Positions 1 through 9,071 of a stretch of 45,069 nt of DNA are shown here, one piece after another. Source of the stretch: Deltaproteobacteria bacterium (GTDB taxonomy: Bacteria > JAGRBM01 > JAHCIT01); the NCBI GenBank assembly GCA_026129095.1, contig JAHCIT010000011.1, positions 62,001 to 107,069 of the forward strand. Direction: 5' to 3'. A program made the translations under genes and the position numbers. The notes beneath the pieces were generated by a model. It ran no database searches, was not told the DNA's origin, and worked only from the letters and a program-made list of their open reading frames with translations. Within the stretch, counting starts at the first letter, position 1. Every line of letters starts with the position of its first letter.

Positions 1-1418
1 ACGACCACGTAGCCGTCGAGGTCATGCTGGCAGTTCCTGCGGGGTACAAAAGTAGGAGGATGCGGGAACATTCCGTCCTCGTACCGGTACACGTCGGAAT
101 ACTCCATCTGCTCCAGGTCCACGCGTGCCAGCGCACCGGGGATGTATTTCTCAGGCAGCCGGTCCATGGGGACAATGGCGTGCTGGTAGTCCTTGTAAAG
201 ACGCCAGGTGGTTTCGGCCATCAGCTCCGGATCGAACCCCATACTGCCGTAAAAGAGGTTTCTGGCCTTCCGCTGGGAGCTGTCGGTGTAGACATTCTGT
301 GTCCAGAGGATTCCGCCCCAGAACTGGTCCCTGTCATATGCCAGTTTCGTCTCCTTCAGTTCTCCCGTCGCGGCTGCGATCCGGTACCTGCCCACCACCG
401 ATGGCTGCGAATCGAGTGCGATCAGGCCGTCGTGGTTGGGATCGAACATCTCCCCGTCCCGGTTCCGTTCGTTCGGGTTGCAGGTGATGGCGAGGTCCGC
501 CGTCCCGATATGCTGCAGGTAGACGGTGATCTCGCCTCCGGGATTGTCATAGTCGATGGCGATATGACCGGTGCTCATGGGGATTTTCAGTTCGCGGAAC
601 GGCACGCTCCCGCCAGCGGGCGTTTGCTTCAAGTCCTTCTTGCTCACGATCCACAGCCGCGTGAAGTCCTGGTTGGGCCGCTTGCGCGGGCCGCCCATGA
701 CCACCGCCGGCTCGGTGGCGAACGGAAGGTCAGTGATGACAAGGTAGTCCTTCGTCGCCTTGATATCGTGAATGCTGTCGAACTTTCCGATACCGTCTAG
801 CTTCCACCGTTCAACAGGACCGTCCAGTGCCCACCGGGCCACCCAGGTGCCCGTTTCGATGCCCGGCAGCGGGATCTGGAGATAGTTCACGAAATAGAGC
901 GCATTTTCGTCATACGCAGGCGCCGGATGCGCCGCGACGGAGGTCATCGGCTCGATAAGCCCCGGCAGGCTGTGAACCCACTCGGTGTTGTCGCCAACCG
1001 CTGTCACGTAGTCGAGTGTCTCGGGGTCAATCTCCACCGGGCGGCCGACATCGTAGCCGAGAAACAGACGGTCATTCATCGGCTGCACGTTCGTGTTGGC
1101 GAGGTTCGTGACGCCAAAGGGGGACGCCTCCATGACGAACACTTTCCTGAACAGCCAGGGAAGCCGGTCACGCAGTTTCTTGACCGGCGTCTCCACCAGC
1201 CGGAACTGGACACGCACCCTGCCGCCGGAATCCGGCGCGCAGTGGATCTTGCAGATCATCCCGTGTTCGTTGAACCAGTGCCCACCTGGCCGCCGCTTGT
1301 CGGGACCGACGATAAAAACCGCCCCATCGGCATCAGTGGGCCAGCACCCTTTGGTCACGTTCAGCCGGAAGTCTCCCTCTCCGGCACCCCAGAACAGGTT
1401 GTGAGTGATTGTCGCCAT
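1..1418 (-). CDS. Carotenoid oxygenase / RPE65 / lignostilbene dioxygenase family protein, 3' end outside window
   Basis: Not in the ORF track; translated by hand from ATG 1418 (GGAGG RBS at 1426-1430), open to the window edge: MATITHNLFWGAGEG...NLANTNV...VAAHP...SIHDIK...STGH...PTFVPRRNCQHDLDGYVV. The NTN, AHP, HD and FVPR..DGY motifs are characteristic of the family. Confidence 0.85.
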   Translation of the reverse strand, partial: MATITHNLFWGAGEGDFRLNVTKGCWPTDADGAVFIVGPDKRRPGGHWFNEHGMICKIHCAPDSGGRVRVQFRLVETPVKKLRDRLPWLFRKVFVMEASPFGVTNLANTNVQPMNDRLFLGYDVGRPVEIDPETLDYVTAVGDNTEWVHSLPGLIEPMTSVAAHPAPAYDENALYFVNYLQIPLPGIETGTWVARWALDGPVERWKLDGIGKFDSIHDIKATKDYLVITDLPFATEPAVVMGGPRKRPNQDFTRLWIVSKKDLKQTPAGGSVPFRELKIPMSTGHIAIDYDNPGGEITVYLQHIGTADLAITCNPNERNRDGEMFDPNHDGLIALDSQPSVVGRYRIAAATGELKETKLAYDRDQFWGGILWTQNVYTDSSQRKARNLFYGSMGFDPELMAETTWRLYKDYQHAIVPMDRLPEKYIPGALARVDLEQMEYSDVYRYEDGMFPHPPTFVPRRNCQHDLDGYVV

Positions 1419-1625
1419 GTCAAAGCCTCCAGAGTCCGGACACGTGCCACGTCCTCGCCAACTAACTAAGCAAAAGTGCAGTTGTTTTACAAGTTAAATT
1501 TACGGGTGTTCCTTTCCCTTCCAAAATCTCTCTTGCCTTGGAAAGAGGTCCGGTTCATGGTCATCAAAGGGCCCTGATAAGGTGGCGTCCTGCCGCCTGG
1601 GGCCCCTTCAGGAGCTTCCACCCCC

Positions 1626-2324
1626 TTGAGCCGGATTTTCGACTTCGCCACCTCAGCCCTTGCGACGGCCGCACGTCTTGGCGCGGGGATCGTGGCCGAG
1701 CAGCCCGCCCGCCGTCCGGGCCGGCCGCTGGAGCTGTACGAATTCGAGGCTTGTCCGTTCTGCCGCAAGGTACGCGAAGCCCTCACCGAACTGGATCTCG
1801 AAGTCATGATCTACCCCTGCCCCAAGGGCGGGAAAATCTACCGCCCCCGCGTGAAGCAGCTCGGCGGCAAGGAGATGTACCCGTTCCTTGTGGACCCGAA
1901 CACGGGCGTGCAGCTTTACGAATCGGCCGATATCGTCGGCTACCTGTTCAAGACCTACGGCGGACGTGCAGCGGGACCCCTGCTCGCCATCGATTCGCTG
2001 GCGAACGTGACATCGTTCATCGCCTCGTCGTCCCGTGCAGCCCACGGCCACCGGGCAAGACCGTCGCGCCAGCCGGAAAAGCCGCTCGAAATGTACGGGT
2101 TCGAGGCCAGCCCCTTGAGCCGCATCGTCCGCGAAACACTGTGCGAACTGGAGACACCCTATCTGCTGCACAATATCGGCAAGGGAAGTCCGAGCCGGGA
2201 GGAGTTCGTGAAGCGGACGGGACAGGAACTGATCCCCTGGCTCATCGATTCCAATACCGGCGCGTCCCTCGGCCCCGATCCCCAGGCGATCCGGCAATAT
2301 CTCATCGACACCTACGGCACCTGA
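1626..2324 (+). CDS. Tandem glutaredoxin/GST N-terminal domain protein
   Basis: Two repeated thioredoxin-fold units (LYEFEACPFCRKVRE...PFLVDPNTG..LYES; MYGFEASPLSRIVRE...PWLIDSNTG); TTG start with GGAG at 1611-1614. Confidence 0.85.
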   Translation: MSRIFDFATSALATAARLGAGIVAEQPARRPGRPLELYEFEACPFCRKVREALTELDLEVMIYPCPKGGKIYRPRVKQLGGKEMYPFLVDPNTGVQLYESADIVGYLFKTYGGRAAGPLLAIDSLANVTSFIASSSRAAHGHRARPSRQPEKPLEMYGFEASPLSRIVRETLCELETPYLLHNIGKGSPSREEFVKRTGQELIPWLIDSNTGASLGPDPQAIRQYLIDTYGT

Positions 2325-2355
2325 GCCCGAAACTCTCCCCAGAAGGATCCGCATC

Positions 2356-3504
2356 ATGGAAAGAACCCTTTTCAGCCCCGAACACGACCTGTTCCGCCAG
2401 AACTTCCGGAAGTTTCTCGAAAAGGAGGTTGCCCCCCGGTACGAGGCTTTCGAGGATGAGGGCATGGTCGCCCGCGACGTCTGGAAGAAGGCGGGCGAGC
2501 AGGGCTACCTGGTGCCGTGGATGCCCGAAGATTACGGCGGCACAGGGGCCGACTGGCTCTATTCGGTTGTGCTGATCGAGGAGGTGGGCCGCGCCAACGT
2601 GACCGGGTTCGGCATCTCGCTGCATAACGACGTGGTGGCGCCCTATCTCGCTGACTGGCTGAAGCCGGAACTGAAGAAGGAACTGCTCCCGCAGCTTCTC
2701 ACGGGCGACAAGATCTTGGCGGTCGCTATGACCGAGCCGGGCTACGGGTCCAATCTCGCCGGTATCCGGACCAGCGCCCGCAAGGACGGCGATGACTACG
2801 TTATCACCGGCCAGAAGACCTTCATTACCAACGGCCAGCTCTGCGACTGGGTAGTGGTGGCCGCCCGCACCGACCCGGATGCCCAGCCGCCGCACAAGGG
2901 GATATCGCTTTTCCTCGTTGATACGGCGCTGCCCGGTTTCCGCCGCGGCCGGAACCTGAAGAAGATCGGCCTCAAGGCAAACGATACGTCGGAACTGTTT
3001 TTCGAGGAGGTCCGCGTGCCGCGCCGCTACCTGCTGGGCGGGGAAAACCAGGGCTTCTACCAGCTCATGACCAAGCTCCAGCAGGAACGGCTCGTCGTCG
3101 CCGTGCGCGGCGCGGCTTCCATGCAGTCGGCTGTCGAGCACACGATCCGCTATGTGCAGGAGCGCGAAATCTTCGGACAGCCGCTGGCCAAGATGCAGAA
3201 CACTCAGTTCCAGATCGCCGAGTGCGCCACTGCCGCCGAAGTCGCCCAGGCTTTCGTGGACCGCCTGATCGCCGCGCACATTGCCGGCAAGGATGTCGTC
3301 AAGGAGGTCTCGATGGCCAAATACTGGGTCACGGACCAGCTCAAGCAGGTGGTGGACAAGTGCCTCCAGCTCCACGGCGGCTACGGCTACATGACCGAAT
3401 ACCCCATTGCCCGCATGTACACGGACGCCCGCGTCCAGTCGATCTTCGCCGGCACCAATGAAGTCATGAAGGTCATCATCGCCCGCAAGCTGGGGCTGGA
3501 CTGA
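2356..3504 (+). CDS. Acyl-CoA dehydrogenase (LCAD-like)
   Basis: AMTEPGYGS, GQKTFITNG, KIGLKANDTSELFF, QLHGGYGYMTEY, IFAGTNEVMK. Confidence 0.95.
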   Translation: MERTLFSPEHDLFRQNFRKFLEKEVAPRYEAFEDEGMVARDVWKKAGEQGYLVPWMPEDYGGTGADWLYSVVLIEEVGRANVTGFGISLHNDVVAPYLADWLKPELKKELLPQLLTGDKILAVAMTEPGYGSNLAGIRTSARKDGDDYVITGQKTFITNGQLCDWVVVAARTDPDAQPPHKGISLFLVDTALPGFRRGRNLKKIGLKANDTSELFFEEVRVPRRYLLGGENQGFYQLMTKLQQERLVVAVRGAASMQSAVEHTIRYVQEREIFGQPLAKMQNTQFQIAECATAAEVAQAFVDRLIAAHIAGKDVVKEVSMAKYWVTDQLKQVVDKCLQLHGGYGYMTEYPIARMYTDARVQSIFAGTNEVMKVIIARKLGLD

Positions 3505-3586
3505 CCCGGCAACCGGGCGCGGGACAGCCGTTTGCGCGGGGCCGGGAAACCGGAGATACTTGGTCACTGCCGCGAGGAACACGCAG

Positions 3587-3805
3587 ATGAGCACCGGAAA
3601 CAGCCGCAAGTCCGATATCCAGTCCGTTCAGAGCCAGGCGCCGCGCCGTCCCTATGAGGCGCCGAAGGTCGTCCATGAGGAGTACATCGAGGCAGTGGCG
3701 GTCGCCTGTGACCCGGCGGCCACCCCGTTTCTGCCGGTGAAGAACTCCGACGGCCAGCCGAATAACCAGGGCGGCACCTGCCAGACCGGGTTCCTGAACA
3801 GCTAG
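3587..3805 (+). CDS. 72-aa peptide, putative RiPP precursor (YxxP leader, two-Cys core)
   Basis: GAGGA RBS at 3574-3578 before ATG 3587; host-like codon use; RRPYEAPKVVHEEYIEAVAVAC...K...TCQTGFLNS. It fills the space between flanking genes. Confidence 0.65.
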   Translation: MSTGNSRKSDIQSVQSQAPRRPYEAPKVVHEEYIEAVAVACDPAATPFLPVKNSDGQPNNQGGTCQTGFLNS

Positions 3806-5713
3806 CTAGAAATGCCAGTAAAGCCCGCCGCTCACCTCGTCGGGGGCGGTGCCTGTTTGCGCACCAGCGCGAAACTCGCCGTTCCTCAGGAAATGAACAG
3901 CCCAGAACACCGACGCCTGCCAGACCCGCTGCCGGTCTCCGAGCACCGGGACGAGATAGCGTCCCTCGGCCTGTAACCGTGACCAGCGGGCCACGTCGAA
4001 CAGGAGGCCGCCCGATACGGACGGCCCTACCCGGAACTGGCTGTCAAAGACGCCGCCCCCGGCGCCCTCGGCTTCGACAAAGACGTAATAAACCTCGCGC
4101 CTCCACAACGCGGTTGATGCGGCCAGCCCCGCCCCCGCGTTGCCATAGTAGGACAGGCAACGCCATCTGGGGCACCGTTTCTCACGCGGAAGCACTGCGC
4201 CCGTATGCGCCTTCCATGAGATCCTGAAACTCCACGGATCATATGGATAGATGGACGTGATCCTGAGCAGATCGGCCTGTTCAAGAAGGAAGCGCTGCGT
4301 TTCGTTCTCGAAGCGGGTCCGGACGTTGACGACTTCCAGCAGGCTGTGGGGAGGGAACCCGTCCTCCCGGCCCAGCAGATCCTGGATTGCCAGCCGGTAG
4401 TGGAACTCCTCGAACGACTGTCTGCGGTTTGCCCCGCCCCATATGCCAATCCGTGAAGATCCGTGACCTGATTCCGGCGGTGAAGGCCGCTCAATCTCCA
4501 CCTCAGGTGGAGGAAGGCCGATCCGTGTGCGCCTTAACAGCATCGCCCGCTCGGCCTCATCCCGTGCGTCCGGTGTCTCTCCGCTTGCCCGGTGAACCTG
4601 GAAATACAGGCCGGCAGCATCCAGCACCCGGACCTGGCGTTCCGGCGGCAGATCGTCATAACCCCGAAACCGGTCCGGCCCCCGGTCCTCCACAATCCGG
4701 GTGGCGATCTTCCGTTCGCTGCCCGTGAGCAGATCGCGCCGGGCCAGCATCCGTTTCACGATGGCCGGACGATAGTGGGTTTCAGTCACCAGCCCCGGCA
4801 CCGAGGTAACCAGGCTCACCGTATCGGTGGGTATCACCCAGAGATTGAACTCCTCGCGCAAATGAAGACCCGGCCGGGCAACCTCGAGCAGCGACAGGAT
4901 GTGATAGGAACAGTTCTCGTCCAGGAACCAGTAGTCGAAGTGGGTATTTCCCAGTTCCCACATGTGCAGGACCATCCACTCAATTTCCGCTTCCGTCAGG
5001 GACAGCCGGTATTCCCAGAGGTCCCGGCTCTCCAGGTTCGAATACACCTGGACCATCAGATAGTAGGGAATGGTCGAAAAGTTTCCCTGGAACCCGCCGA
5101 ACAGCCCAAGTATCGGATAGGCCGGACCGCCCGCCCCCTCATCGTTGGCGGCGAAATTGACAATATAGGAGAGAAGATCGTGAGCGGCCTTCGTTCCTTT
5201 CCGGTCAATCCGCAGGAATGTATGGCCGTACATGGACGCGGGGTTGTTCACATAGGCAGCGGAAAAAACGAACGTCACCGTCCCCGGATCCAGTTGCCCG
5301 CGAAAATGCTCGAAGCGGCCGCAGCTCTGGAACGGAAGTTTGTCCGGGTCGAACGCAAGCTGTTCCTTCAGCCACCGGAACCGGGCCGGGAACATGCACT
5401 GGGGATGCTGGACCTGTTCGGTTTCCTCCAGCGGCGGATCGAAAAAACGGGTGAGCGTCGCCTCCATCTCCGCTTCGGGGTTCCGGTGGCCGTCATCCGC
5501 GAAGAAAAATCCGCGCCCGTCCGCCTCGCTCCGGGAACCCCGGTAGTGAAGCAGCAGCAGCCAGAACCGGTCCCGGGCGAGTTTTTTCTCGCGGGATTTT
5601 CCGATCAGTTCCTGAAGATACGGGTCTGGAGGAGTTGCACCTTCCTCATCAGCCCCTGCGCGAGCCAGATGTGGAAAGGTGGAAAAACCAAGAAGAATGT
5701 ACAGAACGGTCAC
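3806..5713 (-). CDS. DUF4105 (Lnb N-terminal-like) protein with C-terminal outer-membrane beta-barrel
   Basis: WLLLLHY, QCMFPARFRWL, NNPASMYGHTFLRID, ESRDLWEYRL, YWFLDENCSY; amphipathic beta strands ending in GLYWHF. Probable start GTG 5713 (signal peptide follows) rather than 5800. Confidence 0.85.
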   Translation of the reverse strand: MTVLYILLGFSTFPHLARAGADEEGATPPDPYLQELIGKSREKKLARDRFWLLLLHYRGSRSEADGRGFFFADDGHRNPEAEMEATLTRFFDPPLEETEQVQHPQCMFPARFRWLKEQLAFDPDKLPFQSCGRFEHFRGQLDPGTVTFVFSAAYVNNPASMYGHTFLRIDRKGTKAAHDLLSYIVNFAANDEGAGGPAYPILGLFGGFQGNFSTIPYYLMVQVYSNLESRDLWEYRLSLTEAEIEWMVLHMWELGNTHFDYWFLDENCSYHILSLLEVARPGLHLREEFNLWVIPTDTVSLVTSVPGLVTETHYRPAIVKRMLARRDLLTGSERKIATRIVEDRGPDRFRGYDDLPPERQVRVLDAAGLYFQVHRASGETPDARDEAERAMLLRRTRIGLPPPEVEIERPSPPESGHGSSRIGIWGGANRRQSFEEFHYRLAIQDLLGREDGFPPHSLLEVVNVRTRFENETQRFLLEQADLLRITSIYPYDPWSFRISWKAHTGAVLPREKRCPRWRCLSYYGNAGAGLAASTALWRREVYYVFVEAEGAGGGVFDSQFRVGPSVSGGLLFDVARWSRLQAEGRYLVPVLGDRQRVWQASVFWAVHFLRNGEFRAGAQTGTAPDEVSGGLYWHF

Positions 5714-5716
5714 ATA

Positions 5717-5752
5717 TAAAAACGAACCGCCGCCCCTTTTGACGGGGGCGGC
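5717..5752 (-). terminator. Intrinsic terminator/attenuator between DUF3015 and DUF4105 genes
   Basis: 8-bp stem GCCGCCCC/GGGGCGGC (5729-5736 with 5745-5752) followed on the minus strand by GGTTCGTTTTTA, ~33 nt after the DUF3015 stop. Confidence 0.65.
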
Positions 5753-5784
5753 AGTCCTTGTCAATCGCTCAGGAAGTGGCTGGA

Positions 5785-6315
5785 TCAGATCCGGGTGCAC
5801 GTCTGGGCAAGGCCGGGATCCGATGCGACCGTGGCCTTGACGGTCATCAGCATGCCGGCAGGAGTGGTTCCGGCCGCCGGGAAGATCGTCTCATACTGCT
5901 TTTGCGCGACAGATGCGAAATCCTGGCTGCCACTGCAACCCAGAAGCGCCGAGAAAGCGGTCACATATTCGCCGCCGCCATTGGCCATATCGCGGGCGAT
6001 CTGCTTGAAGTTCGCCTCGGCAAACATCATCTGCTCGGCCTCTTCGTTCCGGGCGGTGCCGCCAGAGGTGCAGTTTGATGTGCCCGTTGTGATACCAAAT
6101 GTCTGGGTACCAAATGTTCCGTTGGTGGTGGCTGCCAGAACCTGTTTGACGCGCTGGTCGTTAATCGCCTTGTCCGCATCCTGCCCTGACGCGAAGATGA
6201 TCGAACCGAGACCACAGCCCGCCATGCCGTACTTGGCAGCTTCGGCCGGGGTGCCAGTCAGCGAGAGCGTGAGCGCGGCGAATGCAAGGGACATGCACAG
6301 ATGGGTTTTCTTCAT
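5785..6315 (-). CDS. DUF3015 family secreted protein
   Basis: Signal peptide, then YGMAGCGLGS, AATTNGTFGTQTFGITTGTSNC, DMANGGGEY...LLGC; AAGGAG RBS upstream. Confidence 0.9.
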   Translation of the reverse strand: MKKTHLCMSLAFAALTLSLTGTPAEAAKYGMAGCGLGSIIFASGQDADKAINDQRVKQVLAATTNGTFGTQTFGITTGTSNCTSGGTARNEEAEQMMFAEANFKQIARDMANGGGEYVTAFSALLGCSGSQDFASVAQKQYETIFPAAGTTPAGMLMTVKATVASDPGLAQTCTRI

Positions 6316-6514
6316 AGGGCGGGACTCCTTTAAGTGGTGGTTGCCTCCTCCTGATAAAAGAGGAATAGCATTTCTTTAGTTGCCGAAGTTTTAACCCATT
6401 CTGTTTTGTGCGGTCAATCAGACAAACGATGTGACGATTTTCTGTTACCAATCCGTCTGCCGATGGACCGGGCCTTGACTTCGGCCTGCCCGTGACGGCC
6501 CCTAGTCATTCACC

Positions 6515-8023
6515 ATGCCAATGCCCCCCGATACCTTTTACCTTCACGACTGGCTTGGCTTTCACGCTGGCCGGACGCCGGGAAAGACCGCCCTCGTGGA
6601 CGCCGCGAAGGGCGGCGCCTCTGTCACCTGGCAGGAATGGAACGGCCGGGTTCGCTCTCTCGCCAGCCGGCTGCACACTGACGGCCTCCGCCCCGGAGAC
6701 CGGGTGGCCTGGTTTGGAACCAACTCCATCGGGTTCCTGACGGGCTATCTCGCCTGCTCGATGGGCGGCCATGTGTTCGTGCCGTTCAACTACCGGTGGG
6801 CTCCCGACGAGGTAGCCTTTGCGCTCCGGGACTCCCAACCCCGGATCATTTTCACGGACCCCGAGTTCGAATCGGCCCTGAACGCAGTCGCCGGAAGCAT
6901 CCCGGTCGTTCCGGCGGCTGGCGGCGATCCCGGACTGGTCCTGGATACCGGCTACCAGTCTCCCCCGCTCGATCCCGGAATGACCGCCGGGCTTTTCTAC
7001 ACCTCTGGCACCACGGGCCGCCCGAAAGCGGCCATCTGCACGCACCGGCGCATCTGGTGGAATACCCGGAACGCGGTTGACGTGTTCGGGATGACCGGCG
7101 CCGACGCGGCCCTGCTGGCGACGCCGCTCTTCCATACCGGTGCGCTGTACACACAGTTCCATCCCGTTCTGGCCGCTGGCGGAACTGCCATCCTCCTCGA
7201 CCGGTTCGAGCCGGAAAGCTACCTCCGCACCATCGCCAGTAACGGAGTCACGATCACCTTCGCCGTTCCCACCATGATGGAGCAGCTCCTGCAAACGGGC
7301 TGGCTCGACCGGCTGCCTCCCCGCCACCTCCGTTTCCTGTACGTGGCCGGGGCCGCGGCCACGGCACCGCTGGTGGAGGCCTACGAATCCCGTGGCATAC
7401 CCCTGCGGCAGGGCTATGGAACCACCGAGACAAACATGATCGCCTGCATGCTCCACGGAGAGGTGCGCGGACGCCCCGCTTCCGTCGGCCGGATCGCACC
7501 GAACTGGGAGGTGCGCCTCGTTGACGACGAGGGCCGGGACGTGAAACCGGGCCAGACGGGCGAGATTGCCGTGAGGGGGCCGGGAATGTTCTCTGGCTAC
7601 CTGAACCGGCCGGAAGAAACCGCGGCGGCACTCAGGGACGGTTACTTCCACACGGGCGACCTTGGCTGTTTCGACCAGGATGGTTTCCTGTACATCTCCG
7701 GGCGCAAGAAGGAGATGTACATCTCCGGCGGCGAGAACGTCTATCCGGCCGAAGTGGAGCGTGTCCTGGCCGAGCATCCGTCGGTAGCCGAGGCAGCCGT
7801 CACCGGGGTTCCCGATCCGCGCTGGGGCGAGACCGGCGGCGCGCTGGTGGTGATCCGCCCCGGACACAGGTTCGACGCCGAGGCGCTTCGCCTCCATGCG
7901 CGCGAAAAACTGGCCCACTACAAGGTGCCGGCCAGATACCGGCAGGCCGGTGCCCTGCCCCGGAATGCCCTCGGCAAGGTTGTGAAATCCCAGGTACGGG
8001 ACATTCTGACCGGCGACGGATAG
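6515..8023 (+). CDS. Acyl-CoA synthetase / AMP-binding enzyme
   Basis: YTSGTTGRPK, QGYGTTE, FHTGDLG, GRKKEMYISGGENVYPAEVE, LPRNALGK. Confidence 0.95.
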   Translation: MPMPPDTFYLHDWLGFHAGRTPGKTALVDAAKGGASVTWQEWNGRVRSLASRLHTDGLRPGDRVAWFGTNSIGFLTGYLACSMGGHVFVPFNYRWAPDEVAFALRDSQPRIIFTDPEFESALNAVAGSIPVVPAAGGDPGLVLDTGYQSPPLDPGMTAGLFYTSGTTGRPKAAICTHRRIWWNTRNAVDVFGMTGADAALLATPLFHTGALYTQFHPVLAAGGTAILLDRFEPESYLRTIASNGVTITFAVPTMMEQLLQTGWLDRLPPRHLRFLYVAGAAATAPLVEAYESRGIPLRQGYGTTETNMIACMLHGEVRGRPASVGRIAPNWEVRLVDDEGRDVKPGQTGEIAVRGPGMFSGYLNRPEETAAALRDGYFHTGDLGCFDQDGFLYISGRKKEMYISGGENVYPAEVERVLAEHPSVAEAAVTGVPDPRWGETGGALVVIRPGHRFDAEALRLHAREKLAHYKVPARYRQAGALPRNALGKVVKSQVRDILTGDG

Positions 8024-8091
8024 GACCAGCCCCGGAAAAACCGGTGGCGGCCCCGGCGGATTTGGGAGTAAGCTCCCGCCTGGAGCCCGGC

Positions 8092-9054
8092 ATGAAAGCC
8101 ATCGTCAAGAAATCATTGGCAACAGACGCGCCGCTTGCCCTCGTGGAACTCCCCGCCCCCGTGCCCAGGGCCAACGAGGTCCGGGTAGCCATCAAGGCGG
8201 CCGGGGTGAACCCCGCCGACTGGAAGATGCTGGCTTCCGGCGCCGCCAGCCTCGCCGGGCGTACGCTGAACCCCTCCGGCCAGGTATTCGCCGGGATGGA
8301 TTTCTCCGGCATCATCGACGCCACCGGAACGAACGTCACACGCTTCAAAGTGGGCGACCCCGTGGCAGGGGCCACCCGTGTTTTCATGGGTCAGGGAGGA
8401 AGCTGGGCCGATACGGTCGTGCTCCCCCAATCACAGGTCTGCCCGCTGCCCGAAGGGTTCGATCTCGTGGCTGCCGGAGCCCTGCCTGTCCCCGGAGTCA
8501 CCGCCTGGATGGCCGTGGTCCGGATCGGCAGGCTGAAACGAGGGCAGAAGGCACTCATACTGGGCGCATCCGGAGGCGTTGGACACCTGGCCCTGCAAGT
8601 CGCCAAGCACGTGTGCGGCGCGTTCACCGTAGGCGTCTGCTCCGCACGGAACATCCAGCTCGTCCAGTCCCTCGGCGCCGACGTGGCCATTGACTACGGG
8701 AAGGGCGATGCACTGGAACAGGCCCAGCCGCACGGGCCCTATCAGGTCGTGGTCGATTGCGTCGGGGACTATTCCGCCGTCCGCTGCCACGAACTGCTCA
8801 CCCCGCAGGGGCGACACGTCAACATCGCCGCGCAGTCGGCTTCCGCCATCGCGCAGATGCTGGTACCGCCCTTCCGCACCCGGACCCTGCTCGGCCTGCC
8901 CACCCCCGCGACTCTGAGGCCAGTCATCGAGGCGGTCGCATCGGACCGGATCAAGGTGATCGTCTCGGAGCGGATACCGCTCTCCCATGCGGAAAAGGCC
9001 GTCGCGCTCAGCCAGTCCGGCCGCGTTGTGGGCAAAATCGTTCTGGTACCATGA
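8092..9054 (+). CDS. MDR-family NAD(P)-dependent oxidoreductase (quinone oxidoreductase-like)
   Basis: AAGVNPADWK, GMDFSG, ILGASGGVG, GKIVL; ATG 8092 preceded by GGAG. Confidence 0.9.
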   Translation: MKAIVKKSLATDAPLALVELPAPVPRANEVRVAIKAAGVNPADWKMLASGAASLAGRTLNPSGQVFAGMDFSGIIDATGTNVTRFKVGDPVAGATRVFMGQGGSWADTVVLPQSQVCPLPEGFDLVAAGALPVPGVTAWMAVVRIGRLKRGQKALILGASGGVGHLALQVAKHVCGAFTVGVCSARNIQLVQSLGADVAIDYGKGDALEQAQPHGPYQVVVDCVGDYSAVRCHELLTPQGRHVNIAAQSASAIAQMLVPPFRTRTLLGLPTPATLRPVIEAVASDRIKVIVSERIPLSHAEKAVALSQSGRVVGKIVLVP

Positions 9055-9071
9055 AATGCAGGTGCGAAGGC

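Noticed and set aside
1419..1440. CAAAGCCTCC resembling a c-di-GMP-I riboswitch segment
   Set aside because: It is the reverse complement of the CCO gene's RBS; the upstream riboswitch stem and motif are absent.
24..1469. Plus-strand ORFs 24-800 and 927-1469
   Set aside because: Antisense shadows of the minus-strand carotenoid-oxygenase-family gene, which has an RBS and family motifs.
1..9071. Genomic island integrated at the tRNA-Leu 3' end
   Set aside because: No integrase, no duplicated tRNA 3' end seen, and host-like composition.
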